This document shows positions 56,593 through 64,000 of a DNA stretch of 64,000 nt, in pieces. The notes beneath the pieces are model-generated. The model searched no databases. It saw only the letters and a program-made list of their open reading frames with translations, and was not told where the DNA came from. The stretch spans positions 32,001 through 96,000 of the forward strand of contig JAFATB010000010.1 of NCBI GenBank assembly GCA_019244185.1. The letters run 5' to 3'. Position 1 is the stretch's first letter, and each line of letters starts with the position of its first letter. The DNA is from Acidobacteriota bacterium. GTDB lineage: Bacteria; Acidobacteriota; Thermoanaerobaculia; Gp7-AA8. A program made the position numbers and the translations under genes.

Positions 56593-57962
56593 ACGCCCAT
56601 CGGGAACGTGAGGTTGTAGACGTAGCGTCCGCGCGCGACGGAGAGCACGATCGACGACCGCTCCGCGCCGCGGATCAGCTCAGCGTTCAACTCCTTTGTC
56701 GACGACACTTCCACGCCGTTCACGCCGACGACGACGTCGCCCTGGGCGAGACCGATCTTGTCCGCGCGCGAACCGCTCACGACGTCGGAGATCACCGCGG
56801 ACCGCTGCTCGTCGACGACGCGCAGTCCGGCGATCTCTTCGAGGATGCGCAGTCCGAGACTCGCCGGCGGATCGGCGGGCCGCAGCTGCACGGTGCGCGA
56901 CGAGCCGCCGCGCGCGAGCGTGAGCTCGATCGGCTGACCCGGCGCGAGCGTCGCCGTCGCCGTGGAGAACGCCTCGCGCGAGTCGACCGCGCGGCCGTTG
57001 ACGGCCGTGATGACGTCGCCCGCGCGCAAGCCGGCCGACTGCGCCGGCGATCCGGAGAAGACGCGCGCCACGAGCGCGCCGCGGCCGGTGCTTTGGTTGA
57101 GTCGCTTCGCCTCCTCGGGTGTCAGCGTCGCGGTGACGGCGCCGAGCCACGCCGCGTGCACTTCTCCGTACCGCAGCAAATCCTGAACGACTTTCTTCGC
57201 GCGATCCACCGGGATGGCGAACCCGATCCCCTGCGCATTTTGATAAATCGCGACGTTGATCCCGATCACACGCCCTTCGATGTTGAGCAGCGGACCGCCC
57301 GAGTTGCCGGGGTTGATCGAGGCGTCGGTCTGGATGAAATCCGTGAACGTGCGTCCCTGCTCCTGCGACGGCACGCTGCGGCCGAGCGCGGAGACGACGC
57401 CGGTCGTGACCGAGCCGCTGAGGCCGAACGGATTGCCGACGGCGACGACGGTCTCGCCGATCATCAGATCGCTGGACGTGCCGACCGGCGCGGGCGTCAG
57501 TTTCTTGCTGTCGACGCGCAACACCGCGAGGTCGCTGTCCGGGTCGACGCCGAGGAGCTTCGCCGGGAGCTGCGTGCCGTCGTTGAGATTGACGGTGATG
57601 CGCGACGCGCCTTCGACGACGTGGTTGTTCGTCACGATGATGCCGTCGCTGTTCCAGACGAAGCCCGAACCGAGCGACTGCGAGGTGTACGCGCGTTCCT
57701 GTCCGCTGAAGAAGCCGAACGGGTCGTAGAACGGGTCGGTCGCGCGCCGCCTGATGGTCGCCTCGGTCTGGATGTTCACGACCGACGGCAGCACGTTGTG
57801 CGCGACGACGACGATCGGCGTGCGCCGCGCCGCGCTCACGTTCGCCGGGATCGGCGCGGCCGGCATCGGGTCGACGCGCTGCGCCGGCGCGGGCTGCGAC
57901 TCGCCCGGGCCGCAACTGACGCTGACCAGGAAAAGAAGTGCAATGGTGCGGAGCTTGTCCAT
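56589..57962 (-). CDS. HtrA/DegP-like serine protease with two PDZ domains, probable lipoprotein
   Basis: Lipobox-like VSVSC; GSGF, TNNHVV, DLAVL, IQTDASINPGNSGGPL. Confidence 0.94.
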   Translation of the reverse strand: MDKLRTIALLFLVSVSCGPGESQPAPAQRVDPMPAAPIPANVSAARRTPIVVVAHNVLPSVVNIQTEATIRRRATDPFYDPFGFFSGQERAYTSQSLGSGFVWNSDGIIVTNNHVVEGASRITVNLNDGTQLPAKLLGVDPDSDLAVLRVDSKKLTPAPVGTSSDLMIGETVVAVGNPFGLSGSVTTGVVSALGRSVPSQEQGRTFTDFIQTDASINPGNSGGPLLNIEGRVIGINVAIYQNAQGIGFAIPVDRAKKVVQDLLRYGEVHAAWLGAVTATLTPEEAKRLNQSTGRGALVARVFSGSPAQSAGLRAGDVITAVNGRAVDSREAFSTATATLAPGQPIELTLARGGSSRTVQLRPADPPASLGLRILEEIAGLRVVDEQRSAVISDVVSGSRADKIGLAQGDVVVGVNGVEVSSTKELNAELIRGAERSSIVLSVARGRYVYNLTFPMGV

Positions 57963-58022
57963 CGAGCGCCGATTCTTCTACGTTGCGGCCGGCGCCGCAA
58001 CCTCGTACTCTCGCGTCGTTCC

Positions 58023-58898
58023 ATGCATCTCAAGCTGATCTACAACCCCGCCGCCGGACGCGGCCGCGCGCGGCGCCGCGTGCGCGAGGTCGAGGAGTAC
58101 CTCCGCTCGCGGGGCGCGCGCGTCGACTGCGAGCCGAGCACGGGGCCCGACGATCTCGTGCGCATCGCCGCGGAGAGCTCGCGCGGCGGCATCTACGATC
58201 GCGTGGTCATCTGCGGCGGCGACGGCACGCTCAACCTCGCCATCCGCGAGTTCGATCTCGCGAAGGGCACGCTCGCGCTGATCCCGAGCGGCTCCGGCGA
58301 CGACTTCGCGCGCGTGGCCGGCATCCCGCGCGAGGTGCGCGGCGCGTGCGACGTCGCGCTCGGCGACCGCATCCGCGAAGTCGACGTCGCGCTGGCGAAC
58401 GACATCCGCTACCTCGGCGTCGCGGGACTCGGGTTCGATTCGGAAGTGGCCGACTTCGCCAATCGTCACGTGAAGTTCCTCCGCGGATCGGCGGTCTATC
58501 TCTACGCGATCCTCCGCGTGCTGCCGCGCTTCACGCCACGGCGCGTGCGCATGCGCACGGAAAGCGGCACGCGCGACGAGCGGATCATGTTCGCGGCCGT
58601 CGGCAACACGCGCCAGTACGGCGGCGGGATCCGCATCACGCCGGACGCTTCGATCGACGACGGCCTGCTCGATCTCTGCCTCGTGCGCGAGACCTCGCGC
58701 GTGCAGCTCCTCAAGACGCTGCCCCGCGCCTACACCGGCGCGCACGTGAAGAGTCCGTTCGTCGAGACGGGACGCGGACGCGCGTTCTCGTTCGACGCCG
58801 AGCGTCCGATGGCGGTGTACGCGGACGGCGAGCCGCTCACGCGCACGCCGGTCTCCTTCGCGCTCGCCGAACAGAAACTTCGCATCGCCGTGCCGTAG
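58023..58898 (+). CDS. Diacylglycerol kinase family (YegS/BmrU-like) lipid kinase
   Basis: YNPAAGRG, GGDGTL, IPSGSGDDFAR, GLGFD, YGGG, DDGLLD, ADGE. Confidence 0.92.
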   Translation: MHLKLIYNPAAGRGRARRRVREVEEYLRSRGARVDCEPSTGPDDLVRIAAESSRGGIYDRVVICGGDGTLNLAIREFDLAKGTLALIPSGSGDDFARVAGIPREVRGACDVALGDRIREVDVALANDIRYLGVAGLGFDSEVADFANRHVKFLRGSAVYLYAILRVLPRFTPRRVRMRTESGTRDERIMFAAVGNTRQYGGGIRITPDASIDDGLLDLCLVRETSRVQLLKTLPRAYTGAHVKSPFVETGRGRAFSFDAERPMAVYADGEPLTRTPVSFALAEQKLRIAVP

Positions 58899-58907
58899 AA
58901 TCGCGGC

Positions 58908-61103
58908 ATGCGTCGCGCGTTTGCAACCGCTCTGCTTTCCACGCTCGCCGTCACGCTCGCTGCCCAAGCCCCCGCCCCGCCGCCGATCTACGGATTCAAT
59001 GATCCCGCGAAACAGCGGGCGCTCGAACAGAAGTTCGACGCGGCGATGAATCCCGCCGACCTGCGCGCGTGGATGGAGCGGATGACGTCGCATCCGCATC
59101 ACATCGGCACCGCCAAGGGCAAAGACAACGCCGAGTTCATGGCGTCGCTCTTCCGCTCGTGGGGCTTCGACACGGCCATCGAGCGCTTCGACGTGCTGTT
59201 CCCGACGCCGAAGACGCGCGTGCTGGAAATGGTCGCGCCGGAGCACTTCACGGCGAAGCTCGCCGAGCCGCCGCTGCCGGAAGACGCAACCTCGAACCAG
59301 ACCGCGGAGGCGCTGCCGACGTACAACGCGTACTCGATCGACGGCGACGTCACCGGCGAGCTGGTGTACGTCAACTACGGCGTGCCGAAAGACTACGAGA
59401 CGCTGGAGCGCAACGGCGTCGATGTGAAGGGGAAGATCGTCATCGCGCGCTACGGCGCGTCGTGGCGCGGCATCAAGCCGAAGGTCGCCGCCGAGCACGG
59501 CGCGATCGGCTGCCTGATCTACTCCGATCCGCGCGACGACGGCTATTTCGAAGGCGAGCCGTATCCGCGCGGCGCGTACCGCAGCGATCAGAGCGCACAG
59601 CGCGGCTCGGTGGCGGACATGCCGTACCACCCCGGCGATCCGCGCACGCCCGGCGTCGGCGCGACCGAGAACGCCACGCGCCTGCCGATGAATGAAGTCA
59701 AGACGTTGACCAAGATCCCGGTGCTGCCGATCTCGTACGGCGACGCGCTGCCGCTCCTGCGCGCGCTCGGCGGTCCGGTCGCGCCGAACGATTGGCGCGG
59801 CGCGCTCCCCATCACCTATCACCTCGGCAGCGGCCCCGCCCGCGTGCACCTGCAGCTCGCGTTCGACTGGAACACCGTGCCCGCCTACGACGTCATCGCG
59901 CGCCTCAAGGGCACCGATCTCGCCGACCAGTGGGTCATCCGCGGCAACCACCACGACGCGTGGGTGCACGGCGCGCTCGATCCGGTGAGCGGCATGGTGG
60001 GCGTGCTCGAGGAAGCGAAGGGCGTCGGCGCGCTCGCGAAGACCGGCTGGCGTCCGCGCCGCACGATGATCTATTGCGCCTGGGACGGCGAGGAGCCGGG
60101 TCTCCTCGGCTCGACGGAATGGGTCGAGACGCACGCCGACGAGCTGCGCCAGCACGCCGTCGCCTACATCAACTCCGACTCGAACGGCCGCGGCTTCTTC
60201 TTCGCCGGCGGCTCGCACTCGCTCGAACGCCTCGTCAATGAGGCCGCGCGCGACGTGGTCGATCCCGAGCGCAAGGTCTCGATGCTCGAGCGCCGCCGCG
60301 CGGCCGACCTCGCGTTCGCGAATTCGGCCGGCGAGCGCAAGGAGCTGCGCGGCCAGGACTCGCTGCGCCTCGACGCGCTCGGCTCCGGCTCCGACTTCAC
60401 GCCGTTCCTGCAGTTCGCCGGCGTGGCCACGCTCGACATCGGCTACGGCGGCGAGTCGGAGTACGGCGTCTATCACTCGATCTATGACTCGTTCTCGCAC
60501 TTCATGCGCTTCGGCGATCCGACGTTCGACTACGGCGTCGCCGAAGCCAAGACCGGCGGACGCATGATGCTGCGCCTCGCCAACGCCGACTTTTTGCCGT
60601 TCGAGACGACGACGTTCGCGACCACGGTCGGACGCTACCTCGACGAGGTGAAGAAGCTCGCCGACTCGATGCGCGACGAGACCGAGGAGCTGAATCGCGA
60701 GCTGCAGGACCGCGCGCAGGAGCTCGCGTCCGATCCGACGAAACCGTTCGTCGCGCCGAAAGCGCAAGCCGCGGTGCCGCATCTCGAGTTCGCGCCGCTC
60801 GACAACGCCGTCGCGCACCTGCAGCGCGCCGCGCGCGACTTCGACAAGCGCGGCGCGACGCCGGGACGCGACGCGACGCTCATGCAGCTCGAGCGCGCGC
60901 TCACGCGCAGCGAAGGCCTGCCGAACCGCCCGTGGTTCAAACACTACGTCTACGCGCCCGGCTTCTACACCGGCTACGACGTCAAGACGCTGCCCGCGGT
61001 GCGCGAAGCGATCGAGCAGCGCAAATGGGGCGACGTCAACGCGCAGATCCGCGCGACGGCGGAAGTGCTGGAGAACTACGCGCGGATGCTGGAGAAGACG
61101 TAA
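58908..61103 (+). CDS. M28 glutamate carboxypeptidase II-like secreted peptidase
   Basis: Signal peptide; PA domain LVYVNYG; GNHHDAW, GALDP, WDGEEPGLLGSTEW, GSGSDF, YHSIYD; TfR-like dimerisation domain. Confidence 0.93.
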   Translation: MRRAFATALLSTLAVTLAAQAPAPPPIYGFNDPAKQRALEQKFDAAMNPADLRAWMERMTSHPHHIGTAKGKDNAEFMASLFRSWGFDTAIERFDVLFPTPKTRVLEMVAPEHFTAKLAEPPLPEDATSNQTAEALPTYNAYSIDGDVTGELVYVNYGVPKDYETLERNGVDVKGKIVIARYGASWRGIKPKVAAEHGAIGCLIYSDPRDDGYFEGEPYPRGAYRSDQSAQRGSVADMPYHPGDPRTPGVGATENATRLPMNEVKTLTKIPVLPISYGDALPLLRALGGPVAPNDWRGALPITYHLGSGPARVHLQLAFDWNTVPAYDVIARLKGTDLADQWVIRGNHHDAWVHGALDPVSGMVGVLEEAKGVGALAKTGWRPRRTMIYCAWDGEEPGLLGSTEWVETHADELRQHAVAYINSDSNGRGFFFAGGSHSLERLVNEAARDVVDPERKVSMLERRRAADLAFANSAGERKELRGQDSLRLDALGSGSDFTPFLQFAGVATLDIGYGGESEYGVYHSIYDSFSHFMRFGDPTFDYGVAEAKTGGRMMLRLANADFLPFETTTFATTVGRYLDEVKKLADSMRDETEELNRELQDRAQELASDPTKPFVAPKAQAAVPHLEFAPLDNAVAHLQRAARDFDKRGATPGRDATLMQLERALTRSEGLPNRPWFKHYVYAPGFYTGYDVKTLPAVREAIEQRKWGDVNAQIRATAEVLENYARMLEKT

Positions 61104-61118
61104 GCCGCGAACGGCTCC

Positions 61119-62531
61119 TCAGTGACGCACGGCGCGGTGTCTGCCGGGGTCGAAGAGGAAGCCGTTCGCGAGCGTCGCGGATGTGCTGTCGGGATTCAGC
61201 ACCGTGATGTCGACCGCCCCCGCGTCGTGCGCGGGCGTGGTCGCCGTCAGCGTGGTCGGGGAGACGAACGTCGTCGGGACCGCTACGTCATCGACCAGCA
61301 CGACGGCACCCGGTTGGAAGCCGTCGCCGGTGAGGGTGAGAGTCGTGCCGCCGGCCACGCTTCCGGTGTGAGGCGTGATTGACGCGAGCACGAGAAGTGC
61401 GCCCGTCTGGACGTCGATGCTCGCCTCGTCATCGGCGCTGTTCGTATCCACCGTGGTCGCGCTGACGGCGGCGGTGAGCGTCAGCGTGCCGGTGGACGGG
61501 GTGGCGGTCGTGACGGTGACGTAGGGTGCCTGCATGTGCGCCGGAATCGAAGGCCGCGTGCACGTCGCGCCGCTGCAGTTCCAGCCGATTCCTTCCGCGT
61601 GCACGATGGCCGTCGTCGCGCTGAGCGAGAGCGTCACGTTCGACGCGTCGCCCGGACCGGCGTTGGTGACGCTCACCTGATGATCGACGGTCGCATCCGG
61701 CGGGGCGGCGTTCGGACCGAGGATGCCGACGCTGAGTTCTGCGCGCTCGACCGAGTCGTACACGAGCGAGCCGTTCCAGACCATGCCGTTCGAGAAGAGA
61801 CTGCCCGTCGTCGTATTCGGTCCGCCTGCAGCCGGCGCGATCGCCATCACCGTGACGGTAGTCGTGACGTTCGCCGCGACAGGCGCGTGCTGGCAGAGGA
61901 CGAAGGGATACTCCTGGTGCGTGCAGGTCCAACCGATGCCGGAGGCGCTCACGAACTCCGGCAGACGCTCGAACGTGACCTGCAGCTGCAGATTGCCCGA
62001 CGTCTGCGGGCCGAGGTTGTTCATGGTGTACGTGGCGGTGAACGGTTCTCGGGCGTGCACGGGATTCGGGTCGACGGTCGGAACCACGGTGAACGTGAAC
62101 GGCTCGGCGAGCGTGATCGTTTCGGAATCGTGTTGCGGGGCGCCGCCGTCGGTCGACTCGTTGCCGCCGGCGAGGATGTCGAAGGTGCTGCCGTACGCCG
62201 GCGCGGTCACCTGGAAGTTGATGTCGGGATACGCGCCGGTGAGGTTTGCGGTCGTGCCGCAGATGCCGAATTCGTGTTGCGCGCCGGCGCGCGAACAAGT
62301 CCAGTTCGTTCCGCCGAGGCTCGCGAAACCGGCGCCGTCGGTCGCATGCACGCTGATGCTGATGCCCTGGTCGGGATGGGCGCCGCCGGTGTTGCTGACG
62401 TGCACGACGCCGGTGAGGGTACCGCCGTACACGACGCTGTTCTGCGAAGGCGCGATATCGACGGCAAGGTCCACCGCCTGCCCGAACAGCGGCAACGCGA
62501 ACAGCACCACAACCACGAGTCGTTTCATCAT
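61119..62531 (-). CDS. Secreted protein with DUF11-like domains and a C-terminal IPT/TIG domain
   Basis: Signal peptide MMKRLVVVVLFALPLFG; WTC..C units; SITPHTGSVAGGTTLTLTGDGF..VDITVLNPD; ends DPGRHRAVRH. Confidence 0.8.
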   Translation of the reverse strand: MMKRLVVVVLFALPLFGQAVDLAVDIAPSQNSVVYGGTLTGVVHVSNTGGAHPDQGISISVHATDGAGFASLGGTNWTCSRAGAQHEFGICGTTANLTGAYPDINFQVTAPAYGSTFDILAGGNESTDGGAPQHDSETITLAEPFTFTVVPTVDPNPVHAREPFTATYTMNNLGPQTSGNLQLQVTFERLPEFVSASGIGWTCTHQEYPFVLCQHAPVAANVTTTVTVMAIAPAAGGPNTTTGSLFSNGMVWNGSLVYDSVERAELSVGILGPNAAPPDATVDHQVSVTNAGPGDASNVTLSLSATTAIVHAEGIGWNCSGATCTRPSIPAHMQAPYVTVTTATPSTGTLTLTAAVSATTVDTNSADDEASIDVQTGALLVLASITPHTGSVAGGTTLTLTGDGFQPGAVVLVDDVAVPTTFVSPTTLTATTPAHDAGAVDITVLNPDSTSATLANGFLFDPGRHRAVRH

Positions 62532-63427
62532 CGCTCGCTCCGCTCGAGCGCGGAGCGATCCCATCTCCCGAGATCGGCCGCCGCCTCGTACGTCGACTGA
62601 CAGAACTCGAGCAGTTGCAATTCCGGCTCCGCCGCTGTCCGCAGCGTTTCGTACGGCAGGTAGAAGCCGTTGAGCGTCGGGTGGTAGTACGCGTCGTCCG
62701 GTCGCACGCGCGCGTCGCGGTAGCCGGGCGGCTCGGGGAACGCGTAGCTGTAATAGTGCGGCTCCGGCAGGCGCACGTCGCCCGGCCACCAGCCGACGCT
62801 GCTGACTTCGTGCGAGTACGCCTCGCGCTCGATACGATCGGTCATGCCTTCGGTCGGCGCGGCGCGTCCGGAGAAGCGCGTCACCGCGAGATCGAAGCTG
62901 CCCCAGAAGAAATGCACGGGGCTGCACTTGCCGACGAAGCGGCCGCGGAACTCGGTGAGCACGGCGGCGCTGCGCGAGACGATGCGCCAGAAGCGCTGCA
63001 CGGAGTCGCGGTCGTACGAGCCGTGCACCTCGTCGCGCTCGAACGGAATCGGCTCGCCGTTGCGCAGCTCGACCGGCGTCGTCCAGATCGTCGGATGAAT
63101 GTCGAGCGCTCCGAGCGCGGCCATCGTGCCGGCGTAAAAATCAGCCACGCTCCGCGGCGCGAGCGCGATCGTGCGCTCCTCGCCGGCGTTCGTGCGCACG
63201 CGCAGCACGTGATCGATGAAGTCGAACTCGCAGTCGAACCAGCGGTCGCCGTACGGAATCGCCGTCGTGGTGAGGCCGCGCGCGGAGACGTACAGCGGCA
63301 CGTTCCACCAGTGGTTGACGAGCGGCGTGAGCGAGAGGCGGATTTTGCCGACGATCTGCGTCCAGAGATGCAGCGTCTCGAGCGTGTCACTCCAGGATGC
63401 GAGCGGCAGTGCAGGCCATGGTTCCAC
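62528..63427 (-). CDS. DUF5996 family protein
   Basis: TLHLWTQIVGKIRL, NHWWNVPLY, SPVHFFWGSFDLAVTRFSGR, EAYSHEVSSVGWWPG. Confidence 0.9.
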   Translation of the reverse strand: MEPWPALPLASWSDTLETLHLWTQIVGKIRLSLTPLVNHWWNVPLYVSARGLTTTAIPYGDRWFDCEFDFIDHVLRVRTNAGEERTIALAPRSVADFYAGTMAALGALDIHPTIWTTPVELRNGEPIPFERDEVHGSYDRDSVQRFWRIVSRSAAVLTEFRGRFVGKCSPVHFFWGSFDLAVTRFSGRAAPTEGMTDRIEREAYSHEVSSVGWWPGDVRLPEPHYYSYAFPEPPGYRDARVRPDDAYYHPTLNGFYLPYETLRTAAEPELQLLEFCQSTYEAAADLGRWDRSALERSER

Positions 63428-63491
63428 GCGCAGAGTCTACGCCCGCGGCGCCGGGTCTCCGCATTAGCGTCCGCGATGCTATCGTGAACGG

Positions 63492-63872
63492 ATGCGTACG
63501 CTCGTCCTGCCGCTCGCTCTCGTGCTCTGCGCCGCCGCCATCGCCCAGGAGGCGCCGCCCGCCGCCGCGCTGCCGTGCCCGAAGGTCGCGCTCACGGCGC
63601 CGGACGAGATCAAAGCCGGCGAGGCGATGAAGGTCAGCGCGTCGCTGAGCGGCGGCGATCCAGAAGTCACGCCGACGTACAACTGGAGCGTCTCGGCGGG
63701 GACGGTGTCCTCGGGACAGGGAACGTCGACGATCACTGTCGATACCGGCGACGTCGAGCAGGACACGATCACCGTCGCGGTGGAAGTCGGCGGCTTCGCG
63801 CCGGAGTGCGCGGTGGTCGACAGCGCGTCGACGATGGTGGAGCGTCCGGCGAAGCCGCAGCCGCCGCGCTGA
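63492..63872 (+). CDS. Small secreted Ig/PKD-like protein
   Basis: Signal peptide; TYNWSVSAGTVSSGQGTSTITVDT; two Cys. Confidence 0.75.
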   Translation: MRTLVLPLALVLCAAAIAQEAPPAAALPCPKVALTAPDEIKAGEAMKVSASLSGGDPEVTPTYNWSVSAGTVSSGQGTSTITVDTGDVEQDTITVAVEVGGFAPECAVVDSASTMVERPAKPQPPR

Positions 63873-63882
63873 AACGCGCGCG

Positions 63883-64000
63883 CTACTTCTTCGGCAGCAT
63901 GTAGACCGTTTCGCCCTTGCGCGACATGCCGAGGTCTTCGCGGGCGATGCGCTCGACGGCGTACGACGACTGCTTCACGCTGCGGATCTCGGCACGGAGA
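63883..64000 (-). CDS. ftsB: Septum formation initiator FtsB/DivIC, 3' end (partial)
   Basis: Minus-strand translation LRAEIRSVKQSSYAVERIAREDLGMSRKGETVYMLPKK*; not in the ORF track because it is truncated. Confidence 0.8.
   Translation of the reverse strand, partial: LRAEIRSVKQSSYAVERIAREDLGMSRKGETVYMLPKK

Overview
GC-rich bacterial chromosomal segment with about 55 densely packed genes. Gene content and protein style suggest Acidobacteriota, possibly Thermoanaerobaculia (inference, no search run). Core genes: prfC, hsp20, arcA-arcC, truA-thiL, ffh-rpsP-khpA-rimM-trmD-rplS-rnhB, tal-pgi fusion with gnd, cls, an HtrA protease and a partial ftsB. Accessory genes: an ECF sigma/anti-sigma/PDZ operon, an SgmX-like TPR protein, many secreted peptidases, a 1992-aa surface protein with IPTL-CTERM, and a frameshifted class II photolyase next to a photoactive yellow protein. 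No rRNA, tRNA, CRISPR array, transposase or integrase was recognised. Main observations: (1) a single-ORF BrnT-BrnA toxin-antitoxin fusion whose upstream RBS is hairpin-occluded, with a strong internal RBS that could yield free antitoxin; (2) two unrelated secreted proteins ending in the same R-H-R-A-V-R-[KH]-stop tail, a candidate undescribed sorting signal; (3) a heptamer-built palindromic element in two copies, one read in frame as a signal peptide; (4) a second 60-bp dispersed repeat; (5) frequent -10 boxes just before start codons, some formed by the upstream stop codon; (6) sigma54-type promoters before stress-type membrane genes. All family assignments come from recognising motifs by eye.
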